Source: a virus. Taken from it: a stretch of DNA of 64,000 nucleotides. The notes beneath the pieces are model-generated. The model was not told where the DNA came from. It searched no databases and was given only the letters and a program-made list of their open reading frames with translations. The position numbers and the translations under genes were made by a program. Location of the stretch: IMG/VR virus record IMGVR_UViG_3300009502_000034, positions 1-64,000 of that record. One strand, written 5' to 3'. Positions 47,277 to 57,788 of the stretch are shown piece after piece. The stretch's first letter is position 1, and each line of letters starts with the position of its first letter.

Positions 47277-50200
47277 TGCGCTAGAAATAGCTGCATTCCG
47301 TAAAGACATTATCAAGTTAAATCCTATATCTCAAATGTTAACTGAGTACAAGGATAATCTTGATATGAAGCTTTACACATTCGATGAATTGAAAACCTTT
47401 ATTGGTAATCAAAAAGCAACAGTATCGATCAAAATTGATGGAGAAATATGTCTGTCTGGAGATACATCAGTTAAGTTGTTGGACGGCACACATAAAACCG
47501 TTAAACAGTTATATGATCTCGGCGCTAAAGATTTTTACGTCTATAGTATAGATCAACAACAGGCTGTTGTCCCCGGTAGGTGTTCATCAGTTGTGTTAAC
47601 CGGTAAAAATAAAAAGGTGTTAAAAATAACACTAGATAATGGTGAATTTTTTAAGTGCACCGAGAACCATAAAATCATGTTAAGAAATGGCGAATATATA
47701 GAAGCTAAAGCATTAGTTGCCGGGGCATCTTTAATGCCGTTATATACGAGAATCTCTATTAGGGAAGATCATAAGGGAATAGTTGGTTACGAGATGTGCT
47801 ATAATCTCACAACTGATAAATGGGAATGGACTCATAAAATGGTGGCTCAAAGCATATATGAGGGCACGTTTAAAAATAAGGCCATACATCACAAAAATTT
47901 TAATAAACTTAACAACGTTCCAGATAATTTGTTAATAACCGACTGGGATGAACATGTTAAGTTGCACAAAGAATTAGCATATAAAGGAATGATGGCATAC
48001 AGAAATGATCCTGTGACTGGGCCTTTGTGGAGAGAGAGGCAAAAAAGGTCTCATTTAGCCATTTCCGATAGTAAAAGCAAAAACATTAAAATAGCATTAA
48101 GTGATCTCAGTGTTCGTAAATCTCTTTCAGAAGCCAATATTAAGGCTTGGAAAGATCCAGTTGTAAGGGCTAAGCGCTCTATTGGCATTAGCAAGGGGAA
48201 TACTGGTAAGGTCAGAACACAAGAGTTTAAGGATCTCCAGAGCATTATACAAACTAAATTACAAAACACGTCAGAATCCAAGAAAAGGAATAGTGAGAAA
48301 GCCAATGCGTTTTGGGCCTCAAACAGTGGAGTTAAGAGAAAAGCAAGAATGATTGTCAATGGCGCCGAGATTATGGCTTCTCGTTGGAAAGATGAAAATA
48401 TGGTTAACAAAATGAAGCTTGGAATGGTTAATGCTTGGGCTCACAAAACCGCAGAAGAAAAATCTCTTAACGCAAAAAGGGGATGGGAAACTAGAAGGGT
48501 TAAAAAAGTAGCGGTTAATCATAAGGTAGTATCAATAGAAGAGTGTGGGTACGAAGATGTATATGATTTAAGCATGGTTGAACCGGTGCATAACTTTGCT
48601 TTATCATGTGGAATTTTTGTGCATAATTGTGGTGTAAAATATGATGGTCAAAGAGCCATCACCTATACCAGGGGCGGGATGATTCGTTATGACATGCCGC
48701 TCACCAAAGAGATGGAAGAAATGTTCGCTCACAATGGCATATCAGAATTTACTGGCATAGGCGAGATGTTCGTTGTTAAAGAAGACGGCATGCCGCTGAG
48801 TTATCTTAAGGCTCAATCAATACTCAGATTGCCAAAGAACCTTGAAGAAGAATCTAGAATGAAAATGATGATGTTTGATGTGTATAGCATTAATAATAAT
48901 GTTATTATAAATAATCCATTGAGCGAGAGAATACAAAAAATACATACAATATTTAGTAAAGACGGTAAATATGTCATTCCAGCGCACTACGAAGAGAACG
49001 CAGGAATGGCAGAAATAGACAATCTTTGGAAGAAGGTCTTGGCTCCGGAAGAATATGGCTACGAGGGCCTAGTTGTTCATATTAATGATAAAATAATTAA
49101 GGTGAAGCCAATTTTGTCCTTTGATATGGTTATCGTCGCTATCAACAGGAGCAGGACTGATCCGGGGATGATAAGTGCTGTTGTAGCTTCTTTTATGGAT
49201 AAGGCTGGTCATTTTAGATTCCACGGCAAGATAGGGTCAGGATTTTCCGACCATGATAGACAATTGCTTTTCAGATGGGCTGAGCAGAACAAGGTGTTTG
49301 AGGATGATACCGGGCAAATATGGGTAAATCCATTTAAACATCCGTTAATAGCTGAAATACAAGGTGAAGAGGTTAGCATCAAGGATGGCCCTGCATATAA
49401 ATTTGAAAACAATAATTGGATAAGGATAGAAGATAAACTTACTGGTGTCGTAAGATACCCGGTAATTATACAATTTAGGCCAGATAAGAGAACTACACCA
49501 AGCGATTTAAGATTGGCGCAGATACCAGGATTTCCTGAAATTAAAGCATATCTGCAAAGGGCTGGTGGCGAACCTATTCATCCAGATGCAATGGTTATCC
49601 CTCCGTCTCCTTATAACAATGAGGGATTAACTGAGCGTGATGTTTGGCAATATTACAATGATAATAAAGAAGCAATCATCCACAATTATAAGGAGAATGA
49701 ACAAGCAGTGCCTCTCAAGGCTATGATCGGTATTATGACTAATGAGGGGCTACTTTATAGGCGTAAAGACGAAAACGATAAAGAGTTAGATTTTACCAAT
49801 CCATCTGAATACGATTTGAATAATACTGGTAGGACAGTCACTATGAATTTTGTTCTTGGTGATGAGGTTGACTTTATATATGTCGATGTAGACCCACAAC
49901 AAGAATTTCCTCTTGAAGATACTAAGAGAATAACTGAAGAGCTGGCAGAATATTTTCAGGAAAGCGATACCATAAAAGAGGTACAAATCTTTTTTAACGG
50001 GCTTACTGGATTTCATGTATATGGCGTGCTAAAACAAGCAACCCCAATAGATGAAGCGTCAGAAATGTTAAAAGGTATAATAAGGGAATATGTCGATTCT
50101 ACTCCGGATGAAAGGATAAGTGTTGGTCAAGAGAAACAGCCAGGGACAATTAAGCTTGACATATCCACATTTCATAAAGGCGGCGGATTGAAAATACCAT

Positions 50201-50328
50201 ATTCTCTGCATGAAATTACAGGTTTAGTGTGTAAGAGGGTTGAGGATATTAAATCATTTAAATACGAAGATGCTGCAGGGTATATCATGAAACAAGCAGG
50301 ACTTATAAATGTTGGAGGAAAACAGTGA
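47266..50328 (+). CDS. ATP-dependent DNA ligase (with intein) fused to LigD-like primase-polymerase domain
   Basis: KIDG, TRGG, GE, FDV, EGLV, KVK, GSGFS, RYP..RPDK; C-terminal YVDVDP, GLTGFHVY, KIPYSL. Confidence 0.87.
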   Translation: MVNNALEIAAFRKDIIKLNPISQMLTEYKDNLDMKLYTFDELKTFIGNQKATVSIKIDGEICLSGDTSVKLLDGTHKTVKQLYDLGAKDFYVYSIDQQQAVVPGRCSSVVLTGKNKKVLKITLDNGEFFKCTENHKIMLRNGEYIEAKALVAGASLMPLYTRISIREDHKGIVGYEMCYNLTTDKWEWTHKMVAQSIYEGTFKNKAIHHKNFNKLNNVPDNLLITDWDEHVKLHKELAYKGMMAYRNDPVTGPLWRERQKRSHLAISDSKSKNIKIALSDLSVRKSLSEANIKAWKDPVVRAKRSIGISKGNTGKVRTQEFKDLQSIIQTKLQNTSESKKRNSEKANAFWASNSGVKRKARMIVNGAEIMASRWKDENMVNKMKLGMVNAWAHKTAEEKSLNAKRGWETRRVKKVAVNHKVVSIEECGYEDVYDLSMVEPVHNFALSCGIFVHNCGVKYDGQRAITYTRGGMIRYDMPLTKEMEEMFAHNGISEFTGIGEMFVVKEDGMPLSYLKAQSILRLPKNLEEESRMKMMMFDVYSINNNVIINNPLSERIQKIHTIFSKDGKYVIPAHYEENAGMAEIDNLWKKVLAPEEYGYEGLVVHINDKIIKVKPILSFDMVIVAINRSRTDPGMISAVVASFMDKAGHFRFHGKIGSGFSDHDRQLLFRWAEQNKVFEDDTGQIWVNPFKHPLIAEIQGEEVSIKDGPAYKFENNNWIRIEDKLTGVVRYPVIIQFRPDKRTTPSDLRLAQIPGFPEIKAYLQRAGGEPIHPDAMVIPPSPYNNEGLTERDVWQYYNDNKEAIIHNYKENEQAVPLKAMIGIMTNEGLLYRRKDENDKELDFTNPSEYDLNNTGRTVTMNFVLGDEVDFIYVDVDPQQEFPLEDTKRITEELAEYFQESDTIKEVQIFFNGLTGFHVYGVLKQATPIDEASEMLKGIIREYVDSTPDERISVGQEKQPGTIKLDISTFHKGGGLKIPYSLHEITGLVCKRVEDIKSFKYEDAAGYIMKQAGLINVGGKQ
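47449..48627 (+). mobile_element. intein in DNA ligase (393 aa, HNH-type)
   Basis: I|CLSGDT; TENHKI; IHHKNFNKLNNVPDNL HNH; VYDL...IFVHN|C. Confidence 0.92.
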
Positions 50329-51557
50329 ACAATAATATCGGTATGCCAAGAATAGCAGTCAAAACTAAACAGGAAATTATAGACGCTATTAATAAGAGGA
50401 AACAAGGTCTTCAGAGTAATGAGACAAAACAATCAGATGCCGAATTAGCAAAAGCTAAGCGTGCTCTAACGCTGGAAAAAGCGGACAAGTTTACAGATGC
50501 AGAATGGGCTAAAGCAAAGGTAAAACTCACAGCGCTTATAGATGGATTGTCTAAAATCTTGGGGCAGGACATATCCAATTTTCATGATGAGAGCACAAAA
50601 TCTAAATACCCGCTCTCCACGTTTGTTAGAAAGTTAAGCAAAGAAGATCTTGAACATCTTGCTAATAGGAAGGTTTTGTTTGAGTACGGTCATAAAACCT
50701 CTAAGCTGAAACAACTTAAGAGTAAAGATGGTAGGCCAATGCTTGTTAAACAAACAGGTCCGGCGAAGCCAACAATCATGCCAAATAACGATGGTAAGCC
50801 ATCTCAATGGCTTGGAAATAATGTGTTGGATATATCTAACATTATTGGCAATAATGTTCAGGGCGTTTTATTTCAAGACAGATCTCCTGACCACACAGGG
50901 TTTTATTTTGCGTACGATAAAGACGGCGGAATTATAGCCCATAAAGATAAATTAAAACAAATACCCAACGAGTACATAACAGACGAGCAGGTACAAAAAC
51001 TTCTAGAAATAAGGCATCCAGAGTGGCTACAGGAAGAAGCTTTTGTTAGGAATATACAAGACCTTTTGCCACAGTGGTTTCATGATGTTCTTGACGGCGA
51101 AGATGTAAGGACTTTTGGCCCAAGCAATAATGTCGGATCAGGAACCACCCCGGCGACAGATAAGCTTTTTGGCGGAAACGCAGAGGTGGCAGAATCTAGA
51201 AGGAGATACAATAAAGATGCCTTTATATCTCACGAGCAATATCACAGGGAGTTGGCCGGGGTGGTGCAAAAGGCCGATAAGTTGCTAGCAGACGATTCCA
51301 TGTATGCTAAATATCCAAAGATAGCTGAAGAGACTGTTAAGGAAATAGACCTTTTGGCCAGGATGATAGGATTTGTAATTTCTTGTGCCCAGATTAATGG
51401 AAAGTCAATATCGGCTGGATATAAGCCTGTTTATGATGAATGTATAAAGCAGAAAAATCGTTTTGCTGATTTACTTAAGACTCAACCATGGAAAGCAAAA
51501 GAGCGTGGTACATCAGCAGTGGATCCAGAAAATCGCCATAGGGGTGGAAATGTCTAA
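50325..51557 (+). CDS. hypothetical protein
   Basis: GGAGG RBS, 410 aa. Confidence 0.7.
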   Translation: MNNNIGMPRIAVKTKQEIIDAINKRKQGLQSNETKQSDAELAKAKRALTLEKADKFTDAEWAKAKVKLTALIDGLSKILGQDISNFHDESTKSKYPLSTFVRKLSKEDLEHLANRKVLFEYGHKTSKLKQLKSKDGRPMLVKQTGPAKPTIMPNNDGKPSQWLGNNVLDISNIIGNNVQGVLFQDRSPDHTGFYFAYDKDGGIIAHKDKLKQIPNEYITDEQVQKLLEIRHPEWLQEEAFVRNIQDLLPQWFHDVLDGEDVRTFGPSNNVGSGTTPATDKLFGGNAEVAESRRRYNKDAFISHEQYHRELAGVVQKADKLLADDSMYAKYPKIAEETVKEIDLLARMIGFVISCAQINGKSISAGYKPVYDECIKQKNRFADLLKTQPWKAKERGTSAVDPENRHRGGNV

Positions 51558-54500
51558 CTTAGAAATACTTAGAGAGAAGGTTAAAGATGCTTTGTCATTG
51601 TCTGGAGTGAATGCTCAAGACGGCGTTGAAAATCTTATTAAGAGTATTCATATCGACATAACCAAGTCAACAGATCAGGTGGAAAGAGCAGAGTTATTCT
51701 CTTTGATTAATATTTTAAATATGTTCCAGCAGGAGCATGATGTTGAATCTGACGTATTTTATTTGGCCGTCGATGGGGATGATACATCAGAATTAATAGG
51801 CGAGGCGTTAAAGAATGGCGACGCTGCGGCTAAGCATGTTTCTGATTCATTAAAAAGCGTAGGCGAAGAAATATTATCTTTTATATCAGAAATTAAGGGT
51901 GACGTATTAATGTCCGGTGGCGATGGTCATTTATTGACTATTACAGGTGATTCGGAAGAGTTTATGGGCCATATGGGGCAGTGTTTAATTAACATTTACC
52001 TAAATTATACTGGCAAAAGCGCAACAGTCGGGATAGGTAAGACGGCTGAAGAGGCTCATAAAGCTTTAACGTTAGGTAAAAACAGTGGTAAAAACAAAAC
52101 AGTGATTTGGAACGATAAATATGCTCCGTACTACGAGGAAGTTTCCAGGTATCTCGACAACGTTAAAAAGAACAAAATTCAGATAGCCATAAAAAGCGAG
52201 GAAAAATCAGCGTATTTAGGGGTCATTTCTCACTTATTTTCTGTTGTTGCGGCAACAAAGGATGCCAAGAAAACCAAGAAAACACAAACACATGGTACTA
52301 CTGAGAAAAGCCGAAAAAGAGAACAGCAAAAATCTGATACTGCGAAACATAAGGCGAAAAATAAGGCTAAAACACAGCCAAATGAACAACAGCCAGATGA
52401 ACAACAGCCAAATGCGCAACAAGGTGATAATTCTGCCGTTCAGCGCACGATAGATCAAGCAGCGTTTAATAATGCCAGCACAGTTAGAGAACTTGGGCAG
52501 CTGGCTAGAACTGCACAAAACAATCAGCTATATGTGTTTGCGCATAATAGTGATATCATTGATATGAATTATGGAACCAGCGGTTATCAACTATGGCAAC
52601 TTAAAAACATAGGAAACCGTGGTGGTAAAACCTCATATACATTCAACAAGCATCCCAATGGCAAAACCTCTATAGTTATTGAGATGGCAATGATGCAAAA
52701 ATGCATTGGTGCTGGATATCTTAAATATATTGTGTCTAAGGATATTCCTGTTGCTGAGACAGTAAATTATATGGATGGCTTAGATATTAAAGTCGGGAGC
52801 CATGTTAAATATATTGAATTATTTGATTCTGCCGTTAACGCAGACCCTGCAGCTAAAGTGGCACAACCGGTACAAGGTGAACAAGGTGCTGAGGCGACTC
52901 AGGCGGCGGAAGCGGTACAAGGGTCAGGCACAGAACAGGCATCAGATGGGCCAGCTCAAGCTCCAGCTCCAGCCCCAGAACAGGCTCAAGATAATCAAAA
53001 CCAAGCCGTTTCTCCGGCCGATAAACCAGCGTTAGATTTATCTAAAATGAGCAAACACCCAACAAATATGGGTGGTGTTGTTCAAGATATTAAAGAAAAT
53101 GTCAGTATGATAATTCTTGGTGGCAAACCAGCAACGCTATATTTGGTGGAATGGCACGCCCCCGTGACAGATAAATCCTTAATTTCTGTTCCATATAATA
53201 GGACCAATCAACCAAATGCGTCTGATTCAGCTCTGTTGACGGACGCTAAGTCCAGGGAATCTCAGGAAATATTGTGGCACGTTAAGGAGCAATTAGAAAA
53301 GATTGGTGATCAATCTAAGCTTGATGAGGAAGTTAATTATGCTCATTATAATGTAGCAAAGCCCAATCCTGATGAGGATTATCACTATTTAAGGGATTTT
53401 CATAATAAGGGAGCGTCTTTATCAATAACCGCTAGCCCAACAACTGAAGAAAGGGTTGAAGAAAACGCTCCAATCATTGCAGCAATCTTTGATTACCAGC
53501 TTAATAGTAAATCAATAAGCTCGTCAGTCATTAATCAAGCTAGTGAGTTGTTTGTAAGATCCGTGCTTTCTAAAACATACCCTCATGAAACTGCACTTTC
53601 TATGTTTCTGTCAACTCTTGATAAGGGGAATACTACACTTAACACAAACATTGGTGATATACAGCCAAAAGATATGGAGGAACAACCACCGGTTCAATTA
53701 GGGGATACCGAGTGGGAAAGCGTTATCAATAAAGACGGGACAGTAGATAAGCAGTCGACGCTTAAGGATTATTTTTATGTTATGTTCTACAGCAAAATTT
53801 TACCCAATTTTGGAAACAAAATTAAAAAAGAAGATAAGAAAATGATTCTTGGTGTTTTACAGGAATACATGCGTACCAAGAAATCTGAAGTTTTGGCCCA
53901 AATTAAACCATTTTATGATCAGTTTTATATAGCTCAATATATGGTTAATGCTTGGGAAAACGCTGTAATAAATAAGGTAAAGAAATTATCGCCAAAAGAA
54001 GAAACACTTGGTGTTATAAACCATACATCGATAAATCCTGGAGAAAGAGACCCGGATTCGGCTAGCACCTCATTTAAGGTATTTGAGGGAGATCTCGAGG
54101 TTCCAGAGGGGCAAGAAACAATAGACATTGCTGAGCAGCAAGAATTTAATAAGAATAATGAATTCGCAATAGATTTCGTTCTTGATGGTATTGAAGGTGT
54201 CGTTAAAGGGCTGTCTGATGAAGATATCAGAAAATATAAAATATTCAAGTATTGGGTGAGCAATATCGAAACAGGGCAAAGAGAACCAGGTATATCCTTT
54301 TCTGAATTGGCTGAAAAGTCTCAAGAGCTTTGTGGCCAATTTTTTAACGAGAGAATACTGTCAACATATATCAAGAGCACGGCTATAGCAATAGTTGGCA
54401 AAATATTAGAGCGCATCAGCGTAAACAATAGACTTCCATATCAATTAGTCGTTAACTTAGAATATGATAAAAACGGTAAGCCGGTTCGTGGACAAGATGA

Positions 54501-54870
54501 TTTGCGTGCTGCACCAATTTCGCTTATCAAGTTAATATTTGGGGCCATGAGAAGTTATTATTCCGGAACGTTTGCCAAGCATTCTTCTTTGAAATTTATC
54601 GAGAATGTGTTCAAATACGATCTGGACACTCCGCAGTTAATGTCGGACATAAATACTATTAGAGAATTAGGCCCACTATTCAGAAGGAATGCGGCCTTTT
54701 ACGAATTAGCGTCAAGATACAACGTAGATTTAAATGATGTCGAATATGACGCATTCACGATAATGGAGATGGAAGCGCAGTTAGAGAGGGTTGGTAAGAA
54801 CGTTGAAGATCTCGACTTAGATGAAGTGTTTGATGTAGCCAAATCAATATCAACCAATAGGAGGTTGTGA
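51550..54870 (+). CDS. large multidomain protein with N-terminal mCpol/GGDEF-like cyclase domain
   Basis: YLAVDGDD...SGGDG...ATVGIG..AEEAHKAL..GK..GKN; start moved to ATG 51550. Confidence 0.7.
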   Translation: MSNLEILREKVKDALSLSGVNAQDGVENLIKSIHIDITKSTDQVERAELFSLINILNMFQQEHDVESDVFYLAVDGDDTSELIGEALKNGDAAAKHVSDSLKSVGEEILSFISEIKGDVLMSGGDGHLLTITGDSEEFMGHMGQCLINIYLNYTGKSATVGIGKTAEEAHKALTLGKNSGKNKTVIWNDKYAPYYEEVSRYLDNVKKNKIQIAIKSEEKSAYLGVISHLFSVVAATKDAKKTKKTQTHGTTEKSRKREQQKSDTAKHKAKNKAKTQPNEQQPDEQQPNAQQGDNSAVQRTIDQAAFNNASTVRELGQLARTAQNNQLYVFAHNSDIIDMNYGTSGYQLWQLKNIGNRGGKTSYTFNKHPNGKTSIVIEMAMMQKCIGAGYLKYIVSKDIPVAETVNYMDGLDIKVGSHVKYIELFDSAVNADPAAKVAQPVQGEQGAEATQAAEAVQGSGTEQASDGPAQAPAPAPEQAQDNQNQAVSPADKPALDLSKMSKHPTNMGGVVQDIKENVSMIILGGKPATLYLVEWHAPVTDKSLISVPYNRTNQPNASDSALLTDAKSRESQEILWHVKEQLEKIGDQSKLDEEVNYAHYNVAKPNPDEDYHYLRDFHNKGASLSITASPTTEERVEENAPIIAAIFDYQLNSKSISSSVINQASELFVRSVLSKTYPHETALSMFLSTLDKGNTTLNTNIGDIQPKDMEEQPPVQLGDTEWESVINKDGTVDKQSTLKDYFYVMFYSKILPNFGNKIKKEDKKMILGVLQEYMRTKKSEVLAQIKPFYDQFYIAQYMVNAWENAVINKVKKLSPKEETLGVINHTSINPGERDPDSASTSFKVFEGDLEVPEGQETIDIAEQQEFNKNNEFAIDFVLDGIEGVVKGLSDEDIRKYKIFKYWVSNIETGQREPGISFSELAEKSQELCGQFFNERILSTYIKSTAIAIVGKILERISVNNRLPYQLVVNLEYDKNGKPVRGQDDLRAAPISLIKLIFGAMRSYYSGTFAKHSSLKFIENVFKYDLDTPQLMSDINTIRELGPLFRRNAAFYELASRYNVDLNDVEYDAFTIMEMEAQLERVGKNVEDLDLDEVFDVAKSISTNRRL

Positions 54871-54871
54871 T

Positions 54872-55408
54872 ATGTCTAATGAAAATGGTTCAACACAGAA
54901 GCCGGCGTTTAAGGTTGGCGACAGGATAGTCCTTGCATATTTAAAGGATATGGAACCTGGCGTAATCAGAAAAATTGCCGGTGATCGAGCGCTAATAGAT
55001 ATCGGCGCAGATCAGCTATATGGTGAGGAACTTAGGAATCTTCTATCAGTAGAAGATAAGGCCGAGTTCTCTTCGCAAGAAGCGCCAAAGCCAGAACCAT
55101 CGGTTTTCTCTAAAGTTGTTGAGAAAATAGATGAGGTACAAAAGGCCGAGGATATTGTTCACAAGGTCATATCTTCTATTAAATATGAAAACGAGGTTAA
55201 GGATGGTATAAATAACCTTGGGGCGCCAGAGCAGGCAAAGGCGTTTGAGGATCCCAAAATCGGAAATAAGGTCCGCAAGGTTGGGACGCAAAGAATTGGG
55301 ACCATAGTATCAGTTGACAGCCACACACATAATTATCGTGTGCAGTGGAAAGATACAAATATTGTGACCACAAATTGGAAACAAGAGTTAACGAGGGCTA
55401 GTGAATAA
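54872..55408 (+). CDS. protein with two SH3/KOW-like repeats
   Basis: FKVGDRI..PGVI and KIGNKV..GTIV..YRVQW. Confidence 0.55.
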   Translation: MSNENGSTQKPAFKVGDRIVLAYLKDMEPGVIRKIAGDRALIDIGADQLYGEELRNLLSVEDKAEFSSQEAPKPEPSVFSKVVEKIDEVQKAEDIVHKVISSIKYENEVKDGINNLGAPEQAKAFEDPKIGNKVRKVGTQRIGTIVSVDSHTHNYRVQWKDTNIVTTNWKQELTRASE

Positions 55409-56403
55409 TGTCTGATATCATTATTCCATCGTCATTGCCCGATAATGTTGTTACCGTTACGCAAGTGCAAGAGAAAAACGGTGTTTATAGGGTCACGTGG
55501 AATTTGGTGGCTGGGGTGTCCGTATATAAAATTTACATATCTCCTACCCCAATGACACCTAATTTATACGACACGGTTACTAGCGGGAATTCCTACGATT
55601 TTGTACAACCTCCTTGGACCCCGCAAGATGTGACGTATTATTTTTGGGTGTCGTATATGGGATATAATGGCGAAACATTTATGAATTCGTTTCCTGCATA
55701 TGTTAATTTGGTAAATCCATTTAGTGCGGACTCGTTGCCATACTCACAAGACACTAAAGATTATAGTTTAATTTATGGTGGTGACAACGATGCCTCTATG
55801 AAGTTTTATTTTGAGGAAATAAGAAGAAGGAATGCGGCAATGTTAGAAAATGATGGAGAATATTTTTATCTCTATCTCCGTAAGTGGTCTGGAAAAGCCT
55901 GTACCTGCGTTAGATCATCAGACACTATAGTGGATGATTCTGATGCCGGTCTGGTACAAAGGAAAGAAGAAATAGATAACGCTAATTTAGGTGATCCAGA
56001 CTATCAACCAGTATGGAGATGCCCTCTTTGTTTTGGTACTGGCGTTTATGGAGGCTACTATCCCAAAATGAGGATAAGAGCGAGATACGGAAATTTACCG
56101 CAAAGACAGATAGACTTTAAAAATGGCGGTATAGATTTTCGCCACGATTTTGACAGTTGGACATTGTGGCATCCAAAACTTCATAGGCTTGATGTATTAC
56201 ACAGGATAGGTACCGGAGACAGGTTTGTTGTTGACGATATAGGTCAATCTGAGTGGCGTGCCCAACCGCTACATCAAGAATTTAAAATGATTAATAAACC
56301 GCATACCGATGTTGTATATGCAATTAACGATGAGGCAATTGCAGTAGGGGTGGCCGCTGGTTATGCTGATGTCGACAATAATTGGTACAAAGTGTGGTTA
56401 TAA
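55408..56403 (+). CDS. putative neck/head-closure protein
   Basis: G..CTC...CPLCFGTG..GGYY motif; just upstream of tail genes. Confidence 0.6.
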   Translation: MSDIIIPSSLPDNVVTVTQVQEKNGVYRVTWNLVAGVSVYKIYISPTPMTPNLYDTVTSGNSYDFVQPPWTPQDVTYYFWVSYMGYNGETFMNSFPAYVNLVNPFSADSLPYSQDTKDYSLIYGGDNDASMKFYFEEIRRRNAAMLENDGEYFYLYLRKWSGKACTCVRSSDTIVDDSDAGLVQRKEEIDNANLGDPDYQPVWRCPLCFGTGVYGGYYPKMRIRARYGNLPQRQIDFKNGGIDFRHDFDSWTLWHPKLHRLDVLHRIGTGDRFVVDDIGQSEWRAQPLHQEFKMINKPHTDVVYAINDEAIAVGVAAGYADVDNNWYKVWL

Positions 56404-56564
56404 TGGATAAACTGACAATCACAATAGAGTTTGCAAACTCGCAAGAACTGATGGAATTTGTTGAACTTATAAAGGGTTGGGAAGAAAGCAAAGAAAAAGC
56501 CTTGATAAATAAGGATAAGCTTTTGCACGGCGACAATGATATTGAGTAAAATTCACCAAAATAA

Positions 56565-56590
56565 GGTTATAAAATGCCTTATATTATGAG
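56565..56590 (+). promoter_or_regulatory. phage-specific promoter-like motif, copy 4
   Basis: GGTTATAAAATGCCTTATATTATGAG before the tail operon. Confidence 0.65.
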
Positions 56591-56601
56591 AGGATAACGA
56601 C

Positions 56602-57192
56602 GTGATTATCAAGCAAATAAATTGGCTTAAAACTAGTTATGTTGCCATACTCAGGTTTGCATTTGGCAGCGACACAACTCCAGTAGAATATAAATATAAT
56701 AGAGATGTGAAATTAAACAAGATCTCTATATATCGTGGCTTTCCTCGCAGAGTAGAATTATACCCGGCTATTATTATAGAATCTGACGCCTCTAATGCTA
56801 ATATGACTTTTTTGGGCGAAGAGCAACTACAAGAAAACAGAGATGTATCTGGAAATTTAATATCTGTTACGTATGGTGGGTCTCTCACAGTACCGATAAA
56901 GTTAACAATTCAGGCTCGTACTATCACGGACATGGAAAGATTAACAGATATTTGTATGGTTTACGTGAGGTATCTATTCAGGAATAAATTTGCGGAGTAT
57001 GGGTTTGCATACACGCATATTGGCATCGGAGCTGATTCACAGGATGAAATAGACGGTGAGCCAATATTTAGTAAAACAATAACAGTGGACAACTACACAG
57101 AGTTTCAAAACACTATAGATGGTGCATTGTTCACCGATATAAAAAAGATTAATCTCAACGTATTAGTAGAGGGTATAGAACTAGAGTCTTAA
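56602..57192 (+). CDS. putative tail terminator/completion protein
   Basis: YPAIII motif; position before sheath. Confidence 0.55.
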   Translation: MIIKQINWLKTSYVAILRFAFGSDTTPVEYKYNRDVKLNKISIYRGFPRRVELYPAIIIESDASNANMTFLGEEQLQENRDVSGNLISVTYGGSLTVPIKLTIQARTITDMERLTDICMVYVRYLFRNKFAEYGFAYTHIGIGADSQDEIDGEPIFSKTITVDNYTEFQNTIDGALFTDIKKINLNVLVEGIELES

Positions 57193-57206
57193 TAAGGAGG
57201 AACACC

Positions 57207-57557
57207 ATGTATTCAGTCGCTATCACGGGCGGTTTATCAATAACAGATTCTAACGTTATGACGCTTAATAAAACTTACAGTGCCTCAAACACTACAACGG
57301 TTTCAGAGTTTAGATACAATACTTATACTGTTGCTGCGTCTACCACGAATAATGTAATATCATTCCCAAACATTACCGCCTCTCAATATATTTATATCGA
57401 GTCAGATAAACCAATAGACGTAAAATTTAACGATACCGCCAACACTGCTATCACCATTAATAAGTTTTTGTTAACAGATGTTGCTGCTACAGCAATATAC
57501 ATTACTAATAATAATGCACTTTCAGCCACAGTGAAAGTTGTAATAGCTGGAGCGTAA
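57207..57557 (+). CDS. putative structural protein
   Basis: Thr/Asn-rich beta composition; AAGGAGG RBS. Confidence 0.55.
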   Translation: MYSVAITGGLSITDSNVMTLNKTYSASNTTTVSEFRYNTYTVAASTTNNVISFPNITASQYIYIESDKPIDVKFNDTANTAITINKFLLTDVAATAIYITNNNALSATVKVVIAGA

Positions 57558-57567
57558 CGGAGGTAAA

Positions 57568-57786
57568 ATGATTCTCAGGGTTACAAATATAGCAAACGGC
57601 ACTCTGACCATCAATATGTATAATAGGGTTCTCAATTATGGAGAACACATGGATATAGTTGTTGATGTGTATCCTTATGAAGTACGTGATTTGGAAAGCA
57701 AAGGGATGATACGAGTTAATACCATAACAAAGCCAGAAGTTAAACCAGATAGCAAACCAAGCAAAAATAAATTTAAGGAGGAATAA
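57568..57786 (+). CDS. small protein upstream of sheath
   Basis: GGAGGT RBS. Confidence 0.6.
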   Translation: MILRVTNIANGTLTINMYNRVLNYGEHMDIVVDVYPYEVRDLESKGMIRVNTITKPEVKPDSKPSKNKFKEE

Positions 57787-57788
57787 AT

